Positions 6,917 to 14,810 of a DNA stretch of 20,000 bases are shown here, piece after piece. Under the pieces are notes generated by a model. It searched no databases. It was given only the letters and a program-made list of their open reading frames with translations, and was not told where the DNA came from. The DNA is from an uncultured virus (IMG/VR IMGVR_UViG_3300025057_000006) (Duplodnaviria > Heunggongvirae > Uroviricota > Caudoviricetes). Location: IMG/VR virus record IMGVR_UViG_3300025057_000006, one strand, 5' to 3'. Made by a program: the position numbers and the translations under genes. The stretch's first letter is position 1. Every line of letters begins with the position of its first letter.

Positions 6917-9339
6917 CGGAAGAATAATCCACCCGCTTCTGTAAGGCCTAGCTCAGGAAAGCGTACTTCACCAAAGGGAGTGGGGAATTTCCACCTGGAA
7001 CCACGACGACGAGCAGCTTCCGCTCTAAGCAACTGCGGATTTGCGCTTGGACCTTGCGCGTTATATGCCTCAGGACTTTGTTGACGTTCTATAGATTGTT
7101 GTCGTGTAGATGGTTTAGCACTTCCACCTAATTGAGAAACAACAGCAACAGGATTCGCAACGCGTAAAGCACCAGCTGCTACCGGAAGAACAGCAGCAGT
7201 TGTCGCAGGCGCTAAACGTTGAGCGAGTCCAGCACCTGCCCCGACTACTGGAGCAGCCGCTGTCCCAATTGCATATTCAGTAGCAACTTGACGAGCTGCT
7301 TTACCTGCATCACCTTGTTCAATAGCTTGCCTGAAAGCTGGATCAAACAATGGAACAGAGCCTGCAAGGTCTGTTGTTGTGTTAAAACCGGTTCGGATTG
7401 CTTGCGTAATGTTTGGCAGAGCTTTATTGTATGCTTCGATTTGTTTTGCCTTAGCGGCCACATCAGTTAATACTTCTCTCGGATCTATGCCTGCACCTTT
7501 AAATACGTTAGTAGTAAAGTTAACAGGATCTAAATTAGCTTGCGATCCCAAGTTTGGAGGATTTAAGTACATTCTTCCTGTTTGACTTAAGTCCAATGGA
7601 GCAGCAGCCGTAACCCCGCGCATTCCAGGTTGAGCACCACGCGCTGTAGTAAATGCTTCACCAAGAGTTGTTTTAAGGTTTATATCATCTTTTATTTCTT
7701 CAAAGAAATTTGGATTGTTGTAAGGTGATATCAATCTATTGCCCACGTCACTAACTGCTACAGTAACAGGCGCAATGGTACGTGGATAAGGTCTACGTGG
7801 TTCAGGTCCAAGGGTGTCTTCTAAAACATCGCGTGTTGTACGACCACCAATAGCTTTATCCCCTAATAAAGCTTGATACACACGCAAATCTCTTTGGAAT
7901 TCAGGGGACTCTACTTCAATTCCTTGGGCTTTAAGACTGTTAATTGTTTCAGGTAAATAACCTACTTTGCTTATTTCTTTTAAAGCATCCGCTTTGGCCT
8001 CCCATTGTTTAGGTGCCTCCCTTAAAGCAACTTGCTCTGGTGTATTAAAAAATTGCTCTTCTTTTTCAATTGCAGCTTTAAGAGCAGGTGTTGCTTGGTT
8101 AATTTTATTTTGTAGTTCTTGGAAGTATAGACCTTGATCAACTGTAGGAACTAAGGGTGCATTCATTAAAGATAGTGAGTTTCCATAAGGAATGCCACCT
8201 TTGCTGTATCCACCGGCAATTCTCTGTGTGGTTACACGAGGAGGATTGAGATTGGACCATGTTTCAGGATTATTGCCCATGAATTCATCAAGGGCTTGAT
8301 TGCGTTTGGTAAAAGCTTCACGCGTGAGCGCATCGTCCCATTCAACAGAACCTCCACGTTTAAATGCATTCCAGTTTTGATTTACTTGATCATAAAACTC
8401 TTGACCTCTTTGGGCCATAGTGTTGAATTCTTCTTGGCTAATAGGAGGACTCAAGAAAGATTCAACTCTGTTTTGATCACGGAACAACGAACTTCCTTGT
8501 GCAGCACCACGTTGTTGAACAAGAGTTCTACCAGCCATTCTTGCTTGTTGACGTGCAGCATCCAACGCCTTATCGTAAGCTTGAGCAGGATTCAAATCAT
8601 CAAGCCACTCCAATTGTTGAGTTAATCCTTTAAGGCCAATACGATTTGTCCCTAATGGAGTTGCACCAACATTTTCTGCAATTGTAATTAGCTCTTCTCC
8701 GCGCAACGTATTACCAACATTGGCAAAATCATGCATGGCATCATGCAAAATTAGTTCATTTCCATATGGTTGATATGTTTGCGGATTTTTTACTTGAGCT
8801 TGTCCTGGTTTTTGTCCTGGAAAATATTGATCTAAAAATCTTTGAGCCCGTTCGTAAACAGTTTCTGTGTCTCTGATATCAACAGGTGCTCCTGTAAAGT
8901 CAAACTCTTTACCAAACGGTGAGGCTGTTGGTGCATAGTCTGTATCTTGTAAATTAAGTACAGGAACACGTTTAGGATATAGTTCTTTAAAGTCAGTAAC
9001 AGGTAAATCACTAGTTGGACCCTGGGGATATACTATGTCAATCCTAGGTTGACCAGGCACTGAATAATTTGGGAAAGCAATAGGTGCATTTCGTGTTGGA
9101 AAACCTGGGCTTAATAGTCCAGCCGGACCTCTATTTGCATAGTTTTCTGCTGCAAGTTGACTTGCTTTTTCAGCAGAAAACTGTGTAGCTTGTTGTGTTA
9201 ATTGTTGTTGTTTTGCAGCTTCAAATTGAGCAGCGCGATCATATAAACTTTGCAGTTCACCTGCCAAAGGTTGACCAGTTTTAGCTGCGTTAAGAATTGC
9301 AGCGTTTAGTTTTACGCGTTCCGCAGGAGTTAATTCCAT
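6913..9339 (-). CDS. large hypothetical protein (~808 aa), Ala/Gln/Pro-rich, possibly virion-associated
   Basis: Long uninterrupted ORF; ATG 9339 overlaps the TGA of the Dps-like gene (track start TTG 9342); contains HDAMH-x11-E. Confidence 0.8.
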   Translation of the reverse strand: MELTPAERVKLNAAILNAAKTGQPLAGELQSLYDRAAQFEAAKQQQLTQQATQFSAEKASQLAAENYANRGPAGLLSPGFPTRNAPIAFPNYSVPGQPRIDIVYPQGPTSDLPVTDFKELYPKRVPVLNLQDTDYAPTASPFGKEFDFTGAPVDIRDTETVYERAQRFLDQYFPGQKPGQAQVKNPQTYQPYGNELILHDAMHDFANVGNTLRGEELITIAENVGATPLGTNRIGLKGLTQQLEWLDDLNPAQAYDKALDAARQQARMAGRTLVQQRGAAQGSSLFRDQNRVESFLSPPISQEEFNTMAQRGQEFYDQVNQNWNAFKRGGSVEWDDALTREAFTKRNQALDEFMGNNPETWSNLNPPRVTTQRIAGGYSKGGIPYGNSLSLMNAPLVPTVDQGLYFQELQNKINQATPALKAAIEKEEQFFNTPEQVALREAPKQWEAKADALKEISKVGYLPETINSLKAQGIEVESPEFQRDLRVYQALLGDKAIGGRTTRDVLEDTLGPEPRRPYPRTIAPVTVAVSDVGNRLISPYNNPNFFEEIKDDINLKTTLGEAFTTARGAQPGMRGVTAAAPLDLSQTGRMYLNPPNLGSQANLDPVNFTTNVFKGAGIDPREVLTDVAAKAKQIEAYNKALPNITQAIRTGFNTTTDLAGSVPLFDPAFRQAIEQGDAGKAARQVATEYAIGTAAAPVVGAGAGLAQRLAPATTAAVLPVAAGALRVANPVAVVSQLGGSAKPSTRQQSIERQQSPEAYNAQGPSANPQLLRAEAARRRGSRWKFPTPFGEVRFPELGLTEAGGLFFR

Positions 9340-9902
9340 CAACCATTCCGCAGTGTAGCCTTAATAAACCAAGCAGCTTTAAAGGCTTCACCACAGAGGT
9401 CAGCCATGTAGTTCTGGATATCAATGGCACCCACCTTGGCAGCAATGGGCTCCAGTTTTTTGGTTTTCATACCCAGCTCTTCAAGGTTCTTGTAGTACAC
9501 CGCGAGCATATCGGTGCCCTTGTAGCTGGTAACGTGTTGGATCACAGGGCCAGCATCAGCCAGCCCCCTGGCGCACATGGGCATCAAGTAGTCCATGCTG
9601 CGGATAAACTCACCCAATGTATCGAACTGTTCCAGATGAGCTTCGTATTGGTCTTTAAGGAACCCGTGCACACCGAGGAAGTTACCCCCCTCGTAGTTCA
9701 GGTGAATGAGATGGGCCTGTGTCTGAAGTTCCTTGAGGTAGGAACAAAGGGAGATGCACTGTTGGATGAACCCACCAACGTCACCACCTTTTGATTTGCT
9801 CGGAGCCTTGGGTTTAGCTTGAGGCTCTGGTGCCACCCCAGTATTGAGTGGTTCCACCCCCATTTGGGGTGGTTGTTGCGTCTGAAGACCAGAAGTATAC
9901 AT
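9339..9902 (-). CDS. dps: Dps/ferritin-like protein
   Basis: QAHLIHLNYEGGNFLGVHGFLKDQYEAHLEQFDTLGEFIR matches the Dps HWNxxGxxFxxxH...D-xxx-E ferroxidase pattern; Pro/Lys-rich N-terminal tail. Confidence 0.8.
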   Translation of the reverse strand: MYTSGLQTQQPPQMGVEPLNTGVAPEPQAKPKAPSKSKGGDVGGFIQQCISLCSYLKELQTQAHLIHLNYEGGNFLGVHGFLKDQYEAHLEQFDTLGEFIRSMDYLMPMCARGLADAGPVIQHVTSYKGTDMLAVYYKNLEELGMKTKKLEPIAAKVGAIDIQNYMADLCGEAFKAAWFIKATLRNG

Positions 9903-10031
9903 AGCTTTTAATCAGTAATTCTAGTTTATCAAAGAGAAATTTCTTCCCAATCAATTGATGCATAGACATCATCACCTGCGACCTTTTATTACCAACACCC
10001 AAGATGCTTGCAGCGGTTGGAATAACAGCTG

Positions 10032-10259
10032 TTAATTATTATTCTTTATTATCTCACTCTTCCATCTTGCACGTAGGTGACCATAATCCCGTGGCTCTGT
10101 TACTGGGACATTAGTTGCGCCACAAATATCACAGGTTCCTTCATGGTATGTAGCACAGTGGTGAGGAGGACCAATATATGTTCCACGTTTGTACCATCCA
10201 CCATAAGTTTCTCCGCAAGTGTGACAGATGTAATCAGGATATGGAGGTTCTTTAGTCAT
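10032..10259 (-). CDS. small hypothetical zinc-finger-like protein
   Basis: Two CxxC pairs (CHTC, CDIC); 4-nt overlap with the upstream gene. Confidence 0.7.
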   Translation of the reverse strand: MTKEPPYPDYICHTCGETYGGWYKRGTYIGPPHHCATYHEGTCDICGATNVPVTEPRDYGHLRARWKSEIIKNNN

Positions 10260-10579
10260 TGATCTTGGTTGTGATTGCCAAAGCGCAACATGTCAACAAG
10301 TTCTTTTGCTTTTAAATATTCTTTTTCATGCTGTTGCATATTTTCAAATGCAGCTTTATAAAAAGCTTTATACATTTCTTTACCAGAGATTTCTGTACAA
10401 AACTCTGCAATTGTGTCCTCGAAATGTTCTTGTACTCTTTCTTTCATTTTTTCTTTAGCTGTTTTGATTTCGGATTCAAATACAATAGGGTTTTTTCGGT
10501 ACCAATCTTGCCATTCTTGGATGACTTCCATTGGGCGATCAATGTCAACAAAGTCCATGATGTTGTAAAAGCGCACCAT
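10256..10579 (-). CDS. hypothetical protein
   Basis: Fits the packed - strand gene run; start uncertain (several Met). Confidence 0.65.
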   Translation of the reverse strand: MVRFYNIMDFVDIDRPMEVIQEWQDWYRKNPIVFESEIKTAKEKMKERVQEHFEDTIAEFCTEISGKEMYKAFYKAAFENMQQHEKEYLKAKELVDMLRFGNHNQDQ

Positions 10580-10622
10580 TAGTATGATGCGCCAAAAGTC
10601 AGTTGTCTATTTATTGTAAAGC

Positions 10623-10919
10623 TTAAGAAACACTAACAGCTTCTTTAATAGATTGTTCTTGTTGTTCTTGAAACAATTTGGCAGCTTCTACCATTTCAAA
10701 GTATTTGTCACGAGCAAAAGGACCTGCTTCGTTCATGCAGAATGCCTGCCACAAACCTGTATACAAACCGTTGTTTCGACCAGAGCATTGATACATATGC
10801 TCCATAAAATCAGCTTTGCGTTGTTCAGATTGTACATTCCAGTTTTGCAGTTGCTCTTTGAGCCAAGGGGTATCAAAAGCACCTGCGGTATTGAGTTTTT
10901 TTGCGAGGTCGTCAGTCAT
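10623..10919 (-). CDS. hypothetical protein
   Basis: Track start 10952; ATG 10919 (MTDDLAKK) overlaps the upstream gene end and is preferred. Confidence 0.7.
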   Translation of the reverse strand: MTDDLAKKLNTAGAFDTPWLKEQLQNWNVQSEQRKADFMEHMYQCSGRNNGLYTGLWQAFCMNEAGPFARDKYFEMVEAAKLFQEQQEQSIKEAVSVS

Positions 10920-11106
10920 CAAACTGGATCGAAGTACAACTGGTAAAGACACCGGTCACGTGACCGAGTTCAAATAATAAATCATCTAGATCGTCCTGGA
11001 GCGCCACTGCAATTTCATCTGCAGTTTTGCCGCCAAAGGAGTTGTATTCAAGTTCAAGATCTACCGCAAAAGATACGGTGAGCTTTGGTACGTAAACAGG
11101 TTCCAT
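10912..11106 (-). CDS. small acidic hypothetical protein
   Basis: 64-aa ORF with AAGGA just upstream; fits the gene run. Confidence 0.65.
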   Translation of the reverse strand: MEPVYVPKLTVSFAVDLELEYNSFGGKTADEIAVALQDDLDDLLFELGHVTGVFTSCTSIQFDD

Positions 11107-11141
11107 TCCTTGTTGTAAGGGTGCAATTACTGTAGCAGTAA

Positions 11142-11405
11142 TTAGTTGCCAAGTAATCTTTCTAAGGAATGTGCCTGATGTTCTTGGTAGTAACCAAGAC
11201 GTTGTTGGATGACGTTGTAATAATTAATGGCAGCGTCAACCATTTCTTCCGCATCCATGGAGGAGGCAAGGTTTTCATTAGCAAGCATGGCTGCTGTCAA
11301 GATGACAACACCATGTTCCATTTTGGAGCCAATGGTCGCGGAAAGGGGAGTGCCATCGTTGGTGAACCCAGCAATTAATTTATTTAAAATGGGATCACCG
11401 CCCAT
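11142..11405 (-). CDS. hypothetical protein
   Basis: 87 aa; AAGGAG Shine-Dalgarno upstream; TACAAT box at 11428-11433. Confidence 0.75.
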   Translation of the reverse strand: MGGDPILNKLIAGFTNDGTPLSATIGSKMEHGVVILTAAMLANENLASSMDAEEMVDAAINYYNVIQQRLGYYQEHQAHSLERLLGN

Positions 11406-11441
11406 GACACTCCTTGCGATATTTACTTATTGTATTCCAAT

Positions 11442-11849
11442 TTATTTACCCGCTTTGGCCAGATAATACCAGTAGGCATTGGTAGCGTTTTGATGAAAAC
11501 GTTTACCCAATAGAAGTTTAAGCTTCTTTTGTTCCAACTCATCAACACGTCCTTCGTTATAGGGAAGGATTTCACCGTGATCTTTGAGCATTTCCATCTC
11601 AAGATCATTCATTTCAATTTGTAAATCGAAATCTTTTACTGCGTGTTGATGGCAGTTCATCTTGATACGTGCATCTTCTGCATCAGCAGGAGCATCAATC
11701 TTCTGGTAGAAGCTCTCCTGGATACTCGGATGTTTCCAGTTCCATTCGGGGTTCTGCGTAGATGCGTTTGGATCGGGCACTGTATTCTTGAGTGACTTTG
11801 ACTCCAGTCGGTAGTTGTTGACCGTTTTGATAGGCGCTGCGTATGGCAT
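11442..11849 (-). CDS. hypothetical protein (start uncertain; overlaps Gp157 gene)
   Basis: The C-terminal ~95 aa look like a real helical protein and fill 11442-11695; frame is open to 12095; candidate ATGs at 11849 and 11660. Confidence 0.55.
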   Translation of the reverse strand: MPYAAPIKTVNNYRLESKSLKNTVPDPNASTQNPEWNWKHPSIQESFYQKIDAPADAEDARIKMNCHQHAVKDFDLQIEMNDLEMEMLKDHGEILPYNEGRVDELEQKKLKLLLGKRFHQNATNAYWYYLAKAGK

Positions 11850-12396
11850 CAATGTTTGGGAGGATTTTTGTTTTAGTGGAAGGTTCTGTTCTATCAGATA
11901 GAACTTCTCCTGACATTGAACGTAACACAACTCGTTTGGTTGTGGTGACTTCTTCTGCAACGCAATAAAGTTCTCTTTCTTTAGTGTGCCAAAACTCTGG
12001 GTCCGAGGAGATCTCGATTGTAAGCTCTTTCTTTTTAACAAGGGTGAACTGGTAATTGCGACCGGTGATCTTATTCGAATCCTGTGGCAGGACACGACGC
12101 AGATAACTTAGCAGGTTTTTGAGCGATCGCAGCTGGGATTCATGGTGACGCTTGGCTTGCACAATGAGATCGTTTTCTTTTTTGATGCGTTCGAGCGCAT
12201 CTTCATGCGACGCCATTGCGTAATAGATACGATCAATTTTTTCTGACCGTAAGTTGGCGCAAGTTTCAAGCTCTGCTTTAGCCAGTTCCTGGGATTCAGG
12301 AGTGAGAAGAGGGAGAGACTGCTCGAGAGCAGCATAGTGTTTGTATAAATCAAAGACGTTTAGTTTACCAAGTTTTGTTTGAGTAATTTGTGACAT
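11695..12396 (-). CDS. Siphovirus Gp157-family protein
   Basis: N-terminal coiled coil (EKIDRIYY...IKKE...LKNLLSYL), KITGRNYQFTL and C-terminal PNIDAIRSAYQNGQQLPTGVKV are typical Gp157 architecture. Confidence 0.75.
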   Translation of the reverse strand: MSQITQTKLGKLNVFDLYKHYAALEQSLPLLTPESQELAKAELETCANLRSEKIDRIYYAMASHEDALERIKKENDLIVQAKRHHESQLRSLKNLLSYLRRVLPQDSNKITGRNYQFTLVKKKELTIEISSDPEFWHTKERELYCVAEEVTTTKRVVLRSMSGEVLSDRTEPSTKTKILPNIDAIRSAYQNGQQLPTGVKVTQEYSARSKRIYAEPRMELETSEYPGELLPED

Positions 12397-12399
12397 GGT

Positions 12400-12513
12400 T
12401 TAATTGAATTGAGATTGAATTTTGTTGAGCATGTAGGTCAGCAGCATACCTGCCGCTGCCCAAAGAAGATCTTTCATCACCGGAAGAACGGTGGCAAGCA
12501 AGGTTTCGAACAT
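12400..12513 (-). CDS. small membrane protein (37 aa), not in ORF track
   Basis: Hand translation MFETLLATVLPVMKDLLWAAAGMLLTYMLNKIQSQFN; TTCAACTTCAACTC leader; stop 3 nt before the Gp157 ATG. Confidence 0.65.
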   Translation of the reverse strand: MFETLLATVLPVMKDLLWAAAGMLLTYMLNKIQSQFN

Positions 12514-12532
12514 GAGTTGAAGTTGAAGTGTG

Positions 12533-12560
12533 TGGTCAGTTTTACGTCATGACCAGGACG
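12533..12560 (-). promoter_or_regulatory. repeated pseudoknot motif, copy A
   Basis: CGUC-CUGGUCAU-GACG-UAAAAC-UGACCA; P1 CGUC/GACG, P2 UGGUCA/UGACCA. Confidence 0.7.
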
Positions 12561-12585
12561 GCAACCCTGCAGGGTTTGTGCTTGG

Positions 12586-12966
12586 TTAGTCTACCAGGCC
12601 TGACAAGCCCTTGTTTTTTGCCTCAAGTGATTCAGCAAAGTAATCGGTAAGCCCATCGACCTTGGCACTGAGAGACTGGACCTCTGCCATGAGTTCCTCT
12701 CTGGTAGGAGAGATAGCAAAGATGTCAGCCGTAGCTTCTTTCAAAGCCTCAGGGTTATTTGCTTTTTGGTAACGCCGGCAGTCGTCATTGGTTGTGTACA
12801 CAGCTTCCTGGTACATATCCAAGACAGTTTTAAAGTCAATGTTACCGACACCTTCTGTAGTCAAGATGTTGCAAGTGTCAAGGTAAAGCTTGGCAGCAAA
12901 CCGTACGTTCTTATGGAAGAACTCAGTGTACTGCTCAGAAGAAAGGCCGTAAGAATCAATCGACAT
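12586..12966 (-). CDS. hypothetical protein
   Basis: Track start 12996; ATG 12966 (MSIDSYGL) overlaps the upstream gene end and is preferred. Confidence 0.7.
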   Translation of the reverse strand: MSIDSYGLSSEQYTEFFHKNVRFAAKLYLDTCNILTTEGVGNIDFKTVLDMYQEAVYTTNDDCRRYQKANNPEALKEATADIFAISPTREELMAEVQSLSAKVDGLTDYFAESLEAKNKGLSGLVD

Positions 12967-13153
12967 CGCACTGAAGAGCGTTGTAAAGTGCATCAATCAT
13001 AAAGGTCTTTTGACCTTCTTCACCAAGGGATGTCCAGTATTCCAAATCTGGATCTGTTTCATCCCAATTGATGTGAATGGTCATGCTGCCATCTTCTTCA
13101 TCAATACATTCAATCTTGAGCTTTTCGATCCAACTCAGATTCAACATGGCCAA
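12956..13153 (-). CDS. small acidic hypothetical protein
   Basis: 65-aa ORF in the packed run; start uncertain. Confidence 0.6.
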   Translation of the reverse strand: MAMLNLSWIEKLKIECIDEEDGSMTIHINWDETDPDLEYWTSLGEEGQKTFMIDALYNALQCDVD

Positions 13154-13319
13154 TAAGAACGTTGATTGCGTAGTCTTCTTGGTGCATTTTAAGGTCAGCA
13201 GCTAGCTTGACAAGTTCCCAGTGGGTATCTTCTGGGATGTCAAGTTCGTAGCGAAGGTGACCGATCTTCATGGGTTGCGTTGCAAGTTGGCGTGCGTATT
13301 CAAGAATGTCGTCAGTCAT
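13110..13319 (-). CDS. small hypothetical protein
   Basis: 69 aa; ATGA overlap with the upstream gene. Confidence 0.65.
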   Translation of the reverse strand: MTDDILEYARQLATQPMKIGHLRYELDIPEDTHWELVKLAADLKMHQEDYAINVLIGHVESELDRKAQD

Positions 13320-14257
13320 TTCTTAATAGCCGATTTGAGCTGAGGAAGTGAAGTACCTGGGAAAGGTGTGTAACCAGCCTCCATCATATTGAAAAACAAA
13401 TCCCATGCATCATGTTGTGTAAAAACTTCTTTTGGTTTGTACGTACGCCAATGAGTAAGAGGGGCCTGGGCTCCTGACTTGGTGTGCAACAAAACAAAAC
13501 GACCATTACTTGTATGGTCAGTCGGAGGAGCATACCACCAAGCAACACACTTGTCAGGTGTACCACTAGGGCTAGCATTCCTTACTTCAGTTCGTTTGCA
13601 AAGAAGCTCGCGATATTTGGCAAACCAAGTCAGATGGATGCACCATGGTCTAAACCCCTGGACTTCTTCCTGGAAAGTAGATAAGTTGTTGAGTTGACGC
13701 TGAAACGACCCACACGAGCATGTAGGTTCGCTAGACACCGGCTCTTGTTCGGCAGAGTCATCCAATTCACGATCAAGATTAATCGCCCGATTTGGAAGCC
13801 GCATCCCGTCCGGTGCAACCAAATGCCCAATGTCCGTTTGGTCAGATTGGAGGAGGGCTGTAACTTTTGCTGGGTCGGATACGTGTATAAACTTATCTGC
13901 CCAGTGGTTTTGGAGTTGTGCATTTGAGGTTAAATGTCCGAGTGCGTGTGAGTAGTTCCAGCCCTTAAACAGTATGTAAGCATTGTTATGCCATACACTA
14001 GGGCCACGATAATTAGGGCCAAGATACGAAAAGAAATCTTTGAGACGATGGGTATAAGAACTGTATGCAGTTTTAATTAAGTCCCGTGAATAAGTTTGCT
14101 CAGTACCATCGCGACGCACCACGATGCAATTGTCATCTCGCAAATAAATCCCAGTGATTTCGGAGTCATCAAAATCTTGATAAGCACGGGTTATGTTAGT
14201 ACGTGTGTAAATACAAGCTTGTGCAGCGTTGAGTTCAAGTTGAGTTTGCGTATTCAT
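13316..14257 (-). CDS. SWIM zinc-finger domain protein
   Basis: CSCGSF ... WCIHL gives the CxC-xn-CxH SWIM pattern. Confidence 0.7.
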   Translation of the reverse strand: MNTQTQLELNAAQACIYTRTNITRAYQDFDDSEITGIYLRDDNCIVVRRDGTEQTYSRDLIKTAYSSYTHRLKDFFSYLGPNYRGPSVWHNNAYILFKGWNYSHALGHLTSNAQLQNHWADKFIHVSDPAKVTALLQSDQTDIGHLVAPDGMRLPNRAINLDRELDDSAEQEPVSSEPTCSCGSFQRQLNNLSTFQEEVQGFRPWCIHLTWFAKYRELLCKRTEVRNASPSGTPDKCVAWWYAPPTDHTSNGRFVLLHTKSGAQAPLTHWRTYKPKEVFTQHDAWDLFFNMMEAGYTPFPGTSLPQLKSAIKK

Positions 14258-14269
14258 GATTGATTTGAG

Positions 14270-14461
14270 TTAGTGGTTTTTGAAATAGTCTGCTTGTAAC
14301 CGCTCCTCTTTGGCACGGTTATAAGCATGTTTGCCCATGCGGTAAGCACCAAGCATAACGGCAGCCCAGGCCACCGGTGTCGCAATGGTAGCAGCAAAGG
14401 CACCAGCAATCAAGGCAGTAGCACCAGCCGTTTTAATTGCGGCTTTTTCTTCAGGTTTCAT
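14270..14461 (-). CDS. small membrane-associated hypothetical protein
   Basis: Ala-rich hydrophobic segment; ATG 14461 (MKPEEK) preferred to track start 14479. Confidence 0.65.
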   Translation of the reverse strand: MKPEEKAAIKTAGATALIAGAFAATIATPVAWAAVMLGAYRMGKHAYNRAKEERLQADYFKNH

Positions 14462-14543
14462 GTGCTGAATTCTTAACACAAATGGAAAGTTTTGTTCAAG
14501 ATCAAAACGTTAAGTAAAATAGTTTGTAACAACTTAATACTTT

Positions 14544-14810
14544 ATGGAAGAAATTAAGTACGTTCCATTGACTCAGTTTCAAATTGAACCAACACTTGAT
14601 GATAAGTTCTGGCTAGAAAAAGTTAAAAGATCAATAGAAGAATGTAATTCAGTAAGTACATTGAAAGAAATGGCGACCTTGCTTGCGCAGATCGCCACAA
14701 ATCGTCAAGGTGTGATTAGGGGATTGATTCAAGACATGTTCATCTTCAACAATGTTGCAGTCGAACCAGATGCTGTAAACAATCCCCAGGTTCCTGGGTT
14801 AGAAGGATAG
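14544..14810 (+). CDS. hypothetical protein (lone + strand gene)
   Basis: 88-aa ORF filling the gap; TAAAAT box at 14515-14520. Confidence 0.7.
   Translation: MEEIKYVPLTQFQIEPTLDDKFWLEKVKRSIEECNSVSTLKEMATLLAQIATNRQGVIRGLIQDMFIFNNVAVEPDAVNNPQVPGLEG

Noticed and set aside
9297..9794. 165-aa + strand ORF
   Set aside because: Antisense shadow of the Dps-like gene with no recognisable motif.
11126..12576. Short palindromes AATTACTG-tag-CAGTAATT (near 11126-11144) and AACCCTGCAGGGTT (near 12563-12576) as terminators
   Set aside because: Weak or nearly loopless stems without a convincing U-tract on the coding strand.
10908..13319. Identical 12-mer ATGACTGACGAC (MTDD) starting two small genes
   Set aside because: No similarity beyond four codons; probably chance.
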